Part shown: one piece after another, positions 10,590-21,094 of the stretch
How the letters are laid out: each line of letters opens with the position of its first letter
Position numbering within the stretch: the stretch's first letter is position 1
Source of the DNA: Candidatus Poribacteria bacterium
GTDB lineage: Bacteria > Poribacteria > WGA-4E > WGA-3G
NCBI GenBank assembly: GCA_963663765.2
Contig: CAXXUA010000011.1
Span: forward strand, 64,001-128,000
Length of the DNA: 64,000 nt
Reading direction: 5' to 3'
Made by a program: the position numbers and the translations under genes
Notes under the pieces: generated by a model
Told to the model about the DNA's origin: nothing
The model's input: the letters and a program-made list of their open reading frames with translations, nothing else
Database searches by the model: none

Positions 10590-12554
10590 ATGAAAATAAC
10601 AAATCTCTTGTTAAATGAATTACCACTGCTTTCTATTGTACTCTTTTTCACTTTTTACTCCATAGCAGCATTTGCTCAAATTCATAATCAATTAGGATTA
10701 CCAGAGGGAGCAAAAGCGCGTCTGGGAAAGGGCGGAATAAAGCATATAAAGTATTCTCCTGATGGCAAGTATTTTGCAGTCGCAACGTCCATAGGTATCT
10801 GGCTGTATGATGTTAATACATTACAAGCAGTTGACCTACTTACAGGTCATGATGCGCCTGTTACATCAATTGCATTTAGTATAGATGGACAAACGTTAGC
10901 GTCAAGTTGTGCGGACAATATTATCATCATCTGGAACACAGAAACACGTAAAATCAAAGCGAAAAATGTTGAATTTGATAAAGGCAAAAAAGACATAAAT
11001 TTATTAACTTTTTGTCCTTCGGGTGATATAGTAGCATGTATTAGTAGATCATGGTTCATTGAATTATTGAATGCACATACTGGAAAACTTATTAAGACAA
11101 TTAAAGATTCAAGAAATACAGATATAAACGCAATGGCATTTTCAACTGAAGACAATATGCTTATTACTGTTGGGTTTTGCGAAAGAAACACATCGTGTAT
11201 TGAATATTGGGATACAGGTGCAGGTGAACTGATTAGAGATATATTGATAGAAACAAATATTACTGATGCCGCGTTTTCTCCAGACAACAAAATACTTGCT
11301 GTCACTGGGAATAATTCGCACCCTCTCCAATTTTGGGATGTGAAGACAGGAAAGCATCTCAAAAATGCCGAGAAAAGTGATGTGGATTATGAGTATATTG
11401 CATTTTCTCACGATGGAAGTAGACTCGTAACAGGTGGTTCTTGGGAGTATGTAAGTCTTTGGGATGTAGACACGGTTGAAGAATTATACAACGTGGCGCA
11501 TGGTGAACCGATTAATTCTGTGGCATACTCACCAGATGGCGGGACAATAGCATGTGGTATTGACGATGGCACAATCCAGATATGGGATACTTCTACGGGA
11601 AAACTCCAAAACACTATCAAAGGACACTTAGATTTATCAATTTTCTCAATGGCTTTTTCACCTGATGGCAATAAGCTTGCGTGTGGTGCAGATTCCAAAG
11701 TCCTATTTTGGAATCCACACACCTACGAACATCTAAAAACCACAAAGGAGCCACGTTGTAAAGTCGTTGATATAGAATATTCTCCTGATGGTAATATTTT
11801 TGCTACAGTAGGTACTTCAATGAAAGCACGTTTGTGGGATAGACAAACGGGAAGGTTCCTTGGAAGTTTTATCGGAAATCATGAGAAGTATTTTTATAGT
11901 GCTTATAGAGATAAAGAAAAATTCACTTCTGTATCTTTCTCACCTGATGGTAACACACTTGCGACTGGTGATACAGACAATGAGGTTTGTTTATGGGCAA
12001 TACGCACAGGAGAACAATATCTAATTGGGGAACAACTTGCAACCTTTACAGAGCATACAGAGACTGTGACCTCCGTTGCGTTTTCACCAGATAGAAAAAC
12101 ATTGGCAAGTGGCAGCCTTGACAAGACAATTCGTTTGTGGGATGTGAAGGCGCGTAAACACCTCAAAGCAATCTCTGGACATGAAAAAGGGGTGAACGTA
12201 TTAGCCTTTTCACCAGATGGTAAAATACTTGCAAGTGGCAGTGAAGATGGTACTATACGATTATTGAAAATAGATGATTATGAAATCTTGTATGCACCAA
12301 TAGAAAATGTTGGGAATGTCAATGCTATAGCATTCTCTTCTGATGGAAAGATTCTAACAAGCATAAATAGTGATAGCAAATATATCAACTTTTGGAATGT
12401 GCAGACAGGTAAACTGATGCATACCTTTTCTGGACACACAAAAATCATCAATGCTATAGTATATTCACCAGATGGAGAAACACTTGCGAGTGTTAGTTCT
12501 GATGGTACTGTTCTTTTGTGGGATCTCAGAAAATTGATAAGTGATAACAGGTGA
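10590..12554 (+). CDS. secreted WD40-repeat protein
   Basis: Signal-peptide-like N-terminus (LLSIVLFFTFYSIAAFA-Q), LPEGAKARLGKG motif, WD repeats. Confidence 0.9.
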   Translation: MKITNLLLNELPLLSIVLFFTFYSIAAFAQIHNQLGLPEGAKARLGKGGIKHIKYSPDGKYFAVATSIGIWLYDVNTLQAVDLLTGHDAPVTSIAFSIDGQTLASSCADNIIIIWNTETRKIKAKNVEFDKGKKDINLLTFCPSGDIVACISRSWFIELLNAHTGKLIKTIKDSRNTDINAMAFSTEDNMLITVGFCERNTSCIEYWDTGAGELIRDILIETNITDAAFSPDNKILAVTGNNSHPLQFWDVKTGKHLKNAEKSDVDYEYIAFSHDGSRLVTGGSWEYVSLWDVDTVEELYNVAHGEPINSVAYSPDGGTIACGIDDGTIQIWDTSTGKLQNTIKGHLDLSIFSMAFSPDGNKLACGADSKVLFWNPHTYEHLKTTKEPRCKVVDIEYSPDGNIFATVGTSMKARLWDRQTGRFLGSFIGNHEKYFYSAYRDKEKFTSVSFSPDGNTLATGDTDNEVCLWAIRTGEQYLIGEQLATFTEHTETVTSVAFSPDRKTLASGSLDKTIRLWDVKARKHLKAISGHEKGVNVLAFSPDGKILASGSEDGTIRLLKIDDYEILYAPIENVGNVNAIAFSSDGKILTSINSDSKYINFWNVQTGKLMHTFSGHTKIINAIVYSPDGETLASVSSDGTVLLWDLRKLISDNR

Positions 12555-12590
12555 ATTTGGACTGTAAGGGTGTGTCCAGTATGTGTTACT

Positions 12591-12786
12591 TGTCTGAACC
12601 AAGATTTTCAGGATTTACAGATTTTCAGGATTTACCCCATCAAGGGTTTTTGATATGCTTTATGCTCTCTTTTGGAATAGGATTGGATAAGAAAAATCTT
12701 GATAATCTGCTAATCCCGGGGAATGCCAAAAGGCATTCATACCGTTGATTTCTTGATTTCTTGATTTGAAAATCCTGGTTCAAACA
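12591..12786. repeat. inverted-repeat element (TCTGAACC-AGGATTTTCAGGATT...AATCCTGAAAATCCTGGTTC) carrying a 50-bp insertion
   Basis: Reverse-complement homolog without the insertion at 42253-42396. Confidence 0.75.
12717..12766 (+). mobile_element. small hairpin + TCTTGATT-tail insertion element, copy 1
   Basis: CGGGGAATGCCAAAAGGCATTCATACC-GTTGATT-(TCTTGATT)2, inserted at AATCC^TGAAAATCC relative to the 42.3 kb homolog. Confidence 0.65.
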
Positions 12787-12922
12787 AAGAAAAAACATGA
12801 CACATCAATACAAAATACATCTATTAGACAACATCAGACAGGTAATTTTTCATTTTTTTAAACCCTCACCTTATATCCCTTTCTCTTTATATTAAAACCT
12901 AATTGATTTTTTGTAGATTTCT

Positions 12923-15481
12923 ATGGATATGGAAAATCTAAACGATCTTACAGATATAGAACTTATTCAGCGCGTCCAAAACCGTGATGAAGCCGCATTT
13001 GCGGAACTCATGTCCCGTTGGACGCCACGGATTTGGCGTATCGTTGTCTCAAAATCAAGGCAACATCGGGATGCGGAAGAAATTCATACTGATGTCTGGA
13101 TGGCTGTGTGGGAAAATATAGGGGGTCTCCGTAATATAGATAGTTTTGGTGCATGGCTGCGACGCATTGCATATAACGCTTGTAAGAGATATTATTCTTC
13201 TCATCGCCGCTCACGAGACGAAATCCCACAGAGCGATGCAGATTTAGTGGAACATATTGACCAAGATGCACCTGCACGTTATCAGGAAGCACAATTACGC
13301 GCAGATGCCAGAGAAGCGGTGAATCATCTTCCGCATCGGGTACGTCCTATAGCGATATTGTACTATCTTGAATCATGGAGTGTCAAAGACATTGCACACA
13401 AACTTAACTTAGCTATAGGCACAGTCAAGACAAGATTAAGAGAAGTCCGTTCACTTCTGCGGAAGGAGTTTGCTGTTGAACCTCAACAAGGAGATATTAT
13501 GTCGTTAGAATCCGTTGGATCACAAAATCTTGCGAATTATATTGAAAACTATCTACCGAAAGGCGCAATAACACGGTTCGGAAAAGGTTGTGTATTTGGT
13601 TTAGCATATTCGCCAGATGGCACCAGACTTGCTTTAGCAAGCACAATAGGTGTCTGGATGATCGATGTAGCAACCGGTGAGGAAATCAATCTGTTAACTG
13701 GACATACTGGTCATTTAACTGGACATACTTATTATGTCGAATACGTTGTTTTCAGTCCTGATGGTAAAACACTTGCAAGTCTAAGTAAAGGATACCAAGG
13801 CGATGATGTTATTCGTTTATGGGATGCTGCAACTGGTGATTTTATAGCGGTACTAACAGAGGATACATATCTTGTTGTATTTAGTCCTGATGGTAAAACG
13901 CTGGCAAGCGGCGGTGGTGGAGTAATTCATTTATGGGATGGTGCCACATTCGAACTAAAAACAACTCTCATAGGACACACACCACCAGTCAAAACGTTAA
14001 CGTTCAATCCAGATGGCAGCACACTCGCAAGCGGTGGTATTGATGAGGTAATCCGTTTATGGGATGTTACCACTGGTGAACTACAGTTAACATTTGCAGG
14101 ACACGCAAATTCTGTCGATTTTCTGAAGTATTCTCCAGATGGAAAGGTGCTTGTCAGTCAAGGTGGGGATAACAATGTTTGTTTATGGAATGCACGGACT
14201 GGTGAATTTTTGCGCATACTTACTACAGAAGACCCTTCTTGGCACGGTCTGAATATTGACTTTTCAAAAGATGGGAAAACTCTTGTGAGTGTGAATTCCG
14301 ATGAAAATGTCCGATTGTGGAACCCACATACCGGTGAGCAACTAAAAACAATAAAACAAGATAGAGAGCTTGAGGTAGTGCAGTATTCTCCAGATGGTAG
14401 AATATTTGCATGTAGTGAGTGTTATGGAGAAGCAACAGTCCAACTATTTGATGCTGCCACGGGAGAGCCATTACATTTTCTTAAAATGCCTGAACATGCA
14501 GAATGGGTTACTGATTTTCAATTTTCTCCAGATAGGCAGACACTTGCCGTTAAAACAGCGGAAGAAATATATTTCTGGGATGTGAATACTGGTGAACTTG
14601 AAAAGACAATCACCGGATATTCTGATGTAGTAAGTAGTGTAACATATTCTCCTGGTGGGAGAACATTAGCGAGCTTAGACAATTTCGTCCGTATTTGGGA
14701 CTTAGACACGCAGAAACTCGTAAAAACACTTTCCCCTAAAACACTTTCTGTAAAAGGATCAATAAGGGCAATCGCGTATTCTCCTAATGGGGAGATACTC
14801 GCTTGTGGAACTATGGATAAAACGATAGTACTATGGGATGTCCACAAGTGGAAAAAAAGAGGTGTACTCAAAGGACATACAGATGGCGTATCCTCGATAA
14901 CCTTTAGTCCAGATGGACAAACACTCGCTAGTGGCTGCTGGAACGGGACGATCCGATTGTGGAATGCTCACACAGGAGAAAACTTAAAAACCTTTGATAG
15001 GCATGCATCAAGTGTTCGCACAGTTTTATTTTCACCTAATGGACAGATCTTAGCCAGTATTGAAGAAGATGAAACAATTCGTTTTAGGAATGTTGCAACG
15101 GGGAAGCTTGTGAATGCTATAAAAATGGAAACAGATGTTGATGTCTGTTCTATAGATTTTTCTCCTGATGGGACAACCTTTGTTACCGCAGACGACAGAA
15201 CGAAAATCAATTTTTGGGATGTGGTAACTGCGGATCCAAAACCTATGACACACTTAGAAGCAAAAGGTTATTATGCTGTCCTTTCACCAGATGGGAATAC
15301 ACTTGCATGTGCTGATGTTGGGGATGAAATATTATTGTGGGATGTTGTCACAGGAAAACTTCTGAAAACTTTAAAAGGGCATATAAGTGGTATTAATTCT
15401 ATAGTCTTTTCTTCAGATGGTAAATCACTCGCGAGTTGCTGTAGGGACAGCACAGTAATTTTATGGGATTTAACGACGTAG
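12923..15481 (+). CDS. ECF sigma-70 factor fused to WD40 repeats, no TM helix
   Basis: DAEEIHTDVW, FGAWLRRIAYN, AIGTVKTRL; directly followed by LPKGAITRFGKG and WD repeats; no hydrophobic segment. Confidence 0.92.
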   Translation: MDMENLNDLTDIELIQRVQNRDEAAFAELMSRWTPRIWRIVVSKSRQHRDAEEIHTDVWMAVWENIGGLRNIDSFGAWLRRIAYNACKRYYSSHRRSRDEIPQSDADLVEHIDQDAPARYQEAQLRADAREAVNHLPHRVRPIAILYYLESWSVKDIAHKLNLAIGTVKTRLREVRSLLRKEFAVEPQQGDIMSLESVGSQNLANYIENYLPKGAITRFGKGCVFGLAYSPDGTRLALASTIGVWMIDVATGEEINLLTGHTGHLTGHTYYVEYVVFSPDGKTLASLSKGYQGDDVIRLWDAATGDFIAVLTEDTYLVVFSPDGKTLASGGGGVIHLWDGATFELKTTLIGHTPPVKTLTFNPDGSTLASGGIDEVIRLWDVTTGELQLTFAGHANSVDFLKYSPDGKVLVSQGGDNNVCLWNARTGEFLRILTTEDPSWHGLNIDFSKDGKTLVSVNSDENVRLWNPHTGEQLKTIKQDRELEVVQYSPDGRIFACSECYGEATVQLFDAATGEPLHFLKMPEHAEWVTDFQFSPDRQTLAVKTAEEIYFWDVNTGELEKTITGYSDVVSSVTYSPGGRTLASLDNFVRIWDLDTQKLVKTLSPKTLSVKGSIRAIAYSPNGEILACGTMDKTIVLWDVHKWKKRGVLKGHTDGVSSITFSPDGQTLASGCWNGTIRLWNAHTGENLKTFDRHASSVRTVLFSPNGQILASIEEDETIRFRNVATGKLVNAIKMETDVDVCSIDFSPDGTTFVTADDRTKINFWDVVTADPKPMTHLEAKGYYAVLSPDGNTLACADVGDEILLWDVVTGKLLKTLKGHISGINSIVFSSDGKSLASCCRDSTVILWDLTT

Positions 15482-15514
15482 GAATCATACATCAAGAATA
15501 GAGATAAGGAAGAC

Positions 15515-17428
15515 ATGAACATGCAAAAACCGCAACTTTCCACACAGTGGAGGCTTCCCCCAGGTGCCAAGAAACGTATCGGAAAAGGAGGGATAAATGA
15601 GATTAAGTACTTTCCGGATGGCACACGACTCGCTGTTGCCGGCACAATAGGGGTCTGGATTTATGATGTGCAAACCTGCAAACCCCTTGAACTGATTACT
15701 GGACATACTGGTCCAGTCAATTCATTAGTATTCAGTCCAGATGGTGGAACGTTTGCAACCGCGAGTGATGATAAGACTACACGTTTGTGGGATACCATTA
15801 CAGGTGAGAACAAAGCAAGTTTCGTAGGACATAAGGACGTTGTAAACTCCGTCGCCTTCAGTCCAGATGGCGAATTGCTTGCCACTGCAAGTGACGACAA
15901 AACGATTGGTATCTGGAATTTGCACACGGGAGAACAGATAGCAAAGCTTGAGGGGCATACGGAGAAAGTTTTTTCAGCAGTGTTTTCGCCAGATGGTACT
16001 GTGCTTGCCAGTAGTGAGGCTTGGGGTGGAAAAGGCGGAATTTGGGTTTGGGATGCAAACACCTACGAATTCCTAAAATTGTTTGAGGGAGAGACAGATT
16101 GGATAGAATATATCGTATACAGTCCTGATGGTAACATACTCATTAGTCGAGAAACTTGTGTAGAAGTTAATTTTTGGGATGCTAACACAGGTAAAAAACT
16201 GAAATCGTGTGAAGCAGAAAGTTGGATGAGTGATTTTTCCCCCATTACATTTACTTCTGATGGAAACTCATTCGCTACTGGAATACATGGCGGTGATGTC
16301 TGTCTTTGGGATATTGACACTGGAAGATTGTTGAAAAAGTTTGAACTTGAGGAAGATTTAGATTCTTTGCCCTCTTCTGTAGCATTTTCACCCGATGGTG
16401 AAACAATTGCTTGTGCAAGTGAGGATGGAACGATTCGGTTTTGGGACGTATACACCGCTAAAATTTCAAGAGTGATTATGGAACATACACCTCATCACTC
16501 TTCTACGCAAAAAACAGAGGGGACACATCCACCATCTCAACGAACCTTTTCTGTTGCGTATTCTCCAAATGGCAGGACTCTCGCAAGTTGCTATGGGAAC
16601 GAAATTCATTTTAGGAATCCAGATACAGGAGAAATCCAAACAACTATCACAGGACCGCGTGAAAACGTCCGTTCAGTCATGTATTCATCAGATGGAAAAA
16701 TACTTGCAAGTGCTGAGGATACAACAAAAGCTCGATTATGGGATACTCAAAACGGAAGATTCCTTGGTTCCTTCGTTGGGCATAAGGAAAGTATATCTGC
16801 AGTGGCGTTTTCTCCAGACGGTCGCATGTTTGCCACTGGTAGTCATGACAACACAATCTGTTTATGGGAAGTCCGTAAAGGTGAACTGTATCTTATTGGC
16901 GATTTGTTATTGACACTGGCAGGACACACTGATAAAGTTACCGATGTGACCTTCTCGCCAGATGGAGATACTTTTGCTTCAAGCAGTGATGATAGCACAG
17001 TCCGATTATGGGATGTCAAAACTGGAAATCCGAGGAAAACACTTATTGGACACACTGCAAGAGTCCACGCAGTGGAATACTCACCAAATGGTAGTGTCCT
17101 TGCCAGCGGAGGATGTGATGGAACGGTCCACCTCTGGAACAGTCAGACCGGTGAACTCAGACAGACTCTCAACACACATAAACAATGCGTATATTCAGTG
17201 GCATTTTCTCTAAATGGTAAGATTATTTCTTGTGGAACGAATGGTATAATGTACTTATGGAACATGCAAACAGGAGAATTGCTACATACCTATAGTGGAC
17301 ATACGGATGTGATTGATAGTATCGCATATTCACCGGATGGTAAGACACTCGCGAGTGCAAGTAGAGACGGCACTGTGCTGTTGTGGGGTTTAGTCGCTTT
17401 GGACAAAGAAGGCGAGACACTGGTATGA
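15515..17428 (+). CDS. cytoplasmic WD40-repeat protein
   Basis: WD repeats, LPPGAKKRIGKG motif, no signal peptide; AAGGA RBS. Confidence 0.9.
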   Translation: MNMQKPQLSTQWRLPPGAKKRIGKGGINEIKYFPDGTRLAVAGTIGVWIYDVQTCKPLELITGHTGPVNSLVFSPDGGTFATASDDKTTRLWDTITGENKASFVGHKDVVNSVAFSPDGELLATASDDKTIGIWNLHTGEQIAKLEGHTEKVFSAVFSPDGTVLASSEAWGGKGGIWVWDANTYEFLKLFEGETDWIEYIVYSPDGNILISRETCVEVNFWDANTGKKLKSCEAESWMSDFSPITFTSDGNSFATGIHGGDVCLWDIDTGRLLKKFELEEDLDSLPSSVAFSPDGETIACASEDGTIRFWDVYTAKISRVIMEHTPHHSSTQKTEGTHPPSQRTFSVAYSPNGRTLASCYGNEIHFRNPDTGEIQTTITGPRENVRSVMYSSDGKILASAEDTTKARLWDTQNGRFLGSFVGHKESISAVAFSPDGRMFATGSHDNTICLWEVRKGELYLIGDLLLTLAGHTDKVTDVTFSPDGDTFASSSDDSTVRLWDVKTGNPRKTLIGHTARVHAVEYSPNGSVLASGGCDGTVHLWNSQTGELRQTLNTHKQCVYSVAFSLNGKIISCGTNGIMYLWNMQTGELLHTYSGHTDVIDSIAYSPDGKTLASASRDGTVLLWGLVALDKEGETLV

Positions 17429-17478
17429 ATACCTTATGAAGATTTATTTATTAAACGACTGATTAAATATATCTCTCC

Positions 17479-17745
17479 ATAAACGTCAATTTAAGAAGAT
17501 ATTGTTGGCATTTTCTGTTATGGGAGGGTTTTCAACCCCGATTTTTCTCATTTCCTCTCAAATCGGGGTTGAAAACCCCTCCTACAAGAGAAACGACAAC
17601 AATATCTTCTTAAGGACTTATACAGTTTTCATGATCCATTTATGAGATATTCTTTACACACCCACGATTTTCCACCTATTTTGATGATATTTGTTCTAAA
17701 TCGAGGTTAGAAACTTCTCCTACCATTTATGAGATAGTTTGTACA
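17479..17745. repeat. REP/MITE cluster (GGGAGGGTTTTCAACCCCGATT / AATCGGGGTTGAAAACCCCTCCTAC doublet)
   Basis: Same hairpin family recurs near 21.8, 28.3, 28.4 and 34.85 kb. Confidence 0.7.
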
Positions 17746-17812
17746 TACCAAATTATTTGCTTGCATTTTTTGTATTTTATGTTTATAGTTAAGCGGGAGG
17801 TTAATATAGGGT

Positions 17813-18757
17813 ATGAAAGCTGAACTTAAGTTTCGCGATAATGGTAGATTTAGAATTGTTCAATTCACTGATATACATTGGCAAAATGGTGAATCTGTTG
17901 ACCAGAAATCTGCTGATCTAATGAAGAATGTGGCAAAAGCTGAAGCGCCCGATTTGATTGTGTTGACTGGAGATATTTTATCTGGTGGTGGATGTGATGA
18001 TGCTGCAGAATCTATGCGGCAGATTGTTCACATAATGGAGCAATGCGGGTTCACTTGGACAGCAGTGTTCGGTAATCATGATGACGAAGGAACTGCAAGT
18101 CGTCATGATTTAATGTCAGTCATGCAGGAGAGTGATTTGTCAGTTGTTGAACCAGGTCCGGCGGATATTCCCGGTGTTGGCAACTTTGTTTTGACTGTCC
18201 AACATAATAATGACAACTCACCTGCCGCGCTGCTCTATTTTCTTGATTCTGGTAGTTATGCGACGACAGATATTAGTGGTTATGGCTGGATCAAGAGGGA
18301 ACAAATAGAGTGGTATCTCGGTGAATCTTTGAATCAGAATGCGGGGAGAGAGAATCCATTGCCAGCGCTTGCTTTTTTTCATATCCCGATTCCTGAATAT
18401 GATGAAGTATGGGATTTTCACACTTGTTATGGTTTTAAGTATGAGGACGTATGTGCGCCTCGAATCAATACAGGTTTTTTTGCTGCGCTACACGAAGCCG
18501 GGGATGTGATAGGGACCTTCGTTGGGCATGAACATATCAACGATTTCTGGGGAGAGTTACACGGAATACGACTTTGTTATGGTAGAGCTACAGGTTACAA
18601 TACTTATGGTAGAGACGGATTTCCGCGAGGAGCACGGGTAATTGAATTAACTGAAGATGAAAGAAGATTTGAAACTTGGCTTCATCTGGACAATGGAACT
18701 ATTGTGCGTGAACAACCTGAGCATGCACCACTGCAGCGCACTTTTACTGAAAATTGA
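17813..18757 (+). CDS. calcineurin-like metallophosphoesterase
   Basis: Motifs QFTDIH, LTGD, GNHD, FFHIP, GHEH. Confidence 0.9.
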   Translation: MKAELKFRDNGRFRIVQFTDIHWQNGESVDQKSADLMKNVAKAEAPDLIVLTGDILSGGGCDDAAESMRQIVHIMEQCGFTWTAVFGNHDDEGTASRHDLMSVMQESDLSVVEPGPADIPGVGNFVLTVQHNNDNSPAALLYFLDSGSYATTDISGYGWIKREQIEWYLGESLNQNAGRENPLPALAFFHIPIPEYDEVWDFHTCYGFKYEDVCAPRINTGFFAALHEAGDVIGTFVGHEHINDFWGELHGIRLCYGRATGYNTYGRDGFPRGARVIELTEDERRFETWLHLDNGTIVREQPEHAPLQRTFTEN

Positions 18758-18803
18758 TGATACTGTTTTAAAGTTGTTGGATAGTATCCTTTAGGAGGAA
18801 AAT

Positions 18804-19148
18804 GTGAGAGCACAACCACAGATCTCTATTAGGCACGAAGATGACATAGCGATATTTGACATTACCGGGTATTTGACGAACGAATCTGAAGATGCGATCA
18901 GCGATGCTTATGCAGACAACGGCGTTCAGGAAACTAAGAAACTACTATTAAATTTTGATCGGCAAAGTTTTATTACAAGCAGTGGATTTGGAACTATAAT
19001 TAAACTGCTGTGGAAGACACGTGATAAAGGTCAAGAGCTGCGGATCGCACATCCTGCCATGCAGGTGCGAACGATATTTAATACGATAGGTTTGACACAG
19101 AGCATCGGTGTGTTTGCGTCTGAAGCAGAAGCATTAGAAGACTTTTGA
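18804..19148 (+). CDS. STAS-domain anti-sigma-factor antagonist-like protein
   Basis: 114 aa, FITSSGFG phospho-Ser-type motif, AGGAGG RBS, GTG start. Confidence 0.85.
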   Translation: MRAQPQISIRHEDDIAIFDITGYLTNESEDAISDAYADNGVQETKKLLLNFDRQSFITSSGFGTIIKLLWKTRDKGQELRIAHPAMQVRTIFNTIGLTQSIGVFASEAEALEDF

Positions 19149-19151
19149 GCA

Positions 19152-21044
19152 TTACGGAAATAGGGTGTACATATTCTGGTTGAAAAGTACTCCTAATAGA
19201 CTCCATAAGCTGCCAGCGAGAAATTGTCCGAAGATAAGACCTAAGAATAGGGGTAATGCTTTACGGTATGCCCGTACGCCGCCTCCGGTGAATAGTATTC
19301 TCTTGAACAGCCATCCTAAGAAGATGGAGAACCACATCCATCCGATTGCCCATCCATTACCGACAGCATATCCAACGGGGTAGAATGGCCACCAAAGGAA
19401 CTGTCTCTTTAGGACTGTCAGCACACCAGTAAAAAGGAATCCAAATCCCATGTGTTGAATTGCAGTTAGGTTAGGTGCTGCTGGGGAAGTGATCCAGTTT
19501 TGTAATCTTCTAAACTCTCCGACTCCCCAATAGGCAAATCGGTATTCATAATAGAGAGCGACATGTCCAACGACAGAGATAATCGCGCCGACTATGGATG
19601 CGACTATCAATGCGATAACTAAACGGTTTTCACTCAGTTTGAAGTGTCGACCAATTTTGAATGCTTCCAACTGGTGCGGCATTGGATGACAACGATAGCC
19701 GTAAGCAAGCCATGATAACAGTGTAGTGTTTGTCAAGTTTTGTGCACCTAAGGGTCGACTTCCCATGAATAGCAGCATTATTCGGTCAGGATGCACTCTA
19801 TGTAGTTCATGTGTTGGCGGACCGAGTTCAGCACGCATACGTGTCATACCTATACACAAAACCAAATAGATGCCGAAATAGCCAAGAGCAACCCATGGAG
19901 ATAGGCCTGCGAAATACCAGAAAATTACAACAAAAGCTAATCCAAAGATCAAACCGAAGACAGCAAGTTGATACAATCCATCCTTTGATCTAAATGAGAA
20001 AACGCTGCCTAAGACTCTTAATATCTCTCTTCGGCTTGTCCAGAGTGCAAGCAATCCTATTCCTATCCATGCGCCTGCTCGTTGTTCAGTTTGAAATGCA
20101 ATTGCCGTTGTCCAACCTGTGGCATTGAAAATGACACGTTGAACACCCCAAAATAGATAGAACACCCAAAATGATAGTGCTAAATCCAAAGGCATGAGAT
20201 ACCCAAGTCCAACCGCAAACGGGTAGACATAGACGGGTAATCTACCCATCGCATTCCAAGGTCTTTCAGCAAAAAAGAGTTGATACTTTATTTTCAATGA
20301 TGGGATTACTGGAAATAGGAAATTCAATCCAGCAAGGATTTCCAGTCCGAATGCAATACCGAAACCGAGCCATATCAGTTTATTTCGAAAAAGACTGGAA
20401 GTGTTACCAAGTAATTCAACAGGGAGTGTTGTTAGTGGGTAGCTAAGTTTTTCATGGTCAATCCATTGCTTACGGATGATGATGTTGATGCACATCATTA
20501 TGAAGAGCAGGACAATAACTAAGCTGCTCCAAGCGACTATCGGCCATAGCCATGCGTCTATGTAGCGAGCTTGCCAAAATGTATCTTCTCCTTCAAAATA
20601 ACCTTGTAGTATGCTTTTATCTGTAATCGTTAGCCACGTTGGTAGGTAGCGGAAGAAAATTTCACTCCATTCATTTTCTGGTGTTGCAAACCATCCTGCA
20701 TTTGCAATCATCGGGACTAATTGACGAACGATGTCGTGTCCTGCAAGTGCTGTCGCGACAGAAACCATGATGTAGGTCATTGCAAGTTCACGTGATGTTG
20801 GTGCAGCACGTTTGAAGTATTTTCTCAGTAAGGGTGCAATTGCTGCAAGAAGAAAGAACGTGAAGAGGACTGTTGGAAAGATAGAGAAATCAGTAAGTTC
20901 CCAAACCACGCGGTTTTCTGCGGAGATAATCCAATAACATGTTAGTATTATGAGGATAGAACCGAAGAGGAGAGTACCAACAATAAAGCGAAATGGTGTG
21001 GTTTTTTCAGTGTCCTTATATAAATTTGACTCACTGTGTAACAT
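19152..21044 (-). CDS. polytopic membrane protein (DUF6785/DUF6784-like, putative transporter)
   Basis: Many TM helices; QWxxxEKLSYPL and WWPFYPVGY...WFSIFLGW...PLFLGLIFG motifs. Confidence 0.7.
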   Translation of the reverse strand: MLHSESNLYKDTEKTTPFRFIVGTLLFGSILIILTCYWIISAENRVVWELTDFSIFPTVLFTFFLLAAIAPLLRKYFKRAAPTSRELAMTYIMVSVATALAGHDIVRQLVPMIANAGWFATPENEWSEIFFRYLPTWLTITDKSILQGYFEGEDTFWQARYIDAWLWPIVAWSSLVIVLLFIMMCINIIIRKQWIDHEKLSYPLTTLPVELLGNTSSLFRNKLIWLGFGIAFGLEILAGLNFLFPVIPSLKIKYQLFFAERPWNAMGRLPVYVYPFAVGLGYLMPLDLALSFWVFYLFWGVQRVIFNATGWTTAIAFQTEQRAGAWIGIGLLALWTSRREILRVLGSVFSFRSKDGLYQLAVFGLIFGLAFVVIFWYFAGLSPWVALGYFGIYLVLCIGMTRMRAELGPPTHELHRVHPDRIMLLFMGSRPLGAQNLTNTTLLSWLAYGYRCHPMPHQLEAFKIGRHFKLSENRLVIALIVASIVGAIISVVGHVALYYEYRFAYWGVGEFRRLQNWITSPAAPNLTAIQHMGFGFLFTGVLTVLKRQFLWWPFYPVGYAVGNGWAIGWMWFSIFLGWLFKRILFTGGGVRAYRKALPLFLGLIFGQFLAGSLWSLLGVLFNQNMYTLFP

Positions 21045-21094
21045 GTCCGTATTTTACCAAACCTTTTGAAATTAGACAAGAAATAAGTTCTTTG

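Noticed and set aside
674-17420. Numerous antisense and alternative-frame ORFs within the WD40 genes
   Set aside because: Shadows of repetitive WD40 codon patterns, with no independent motifs.
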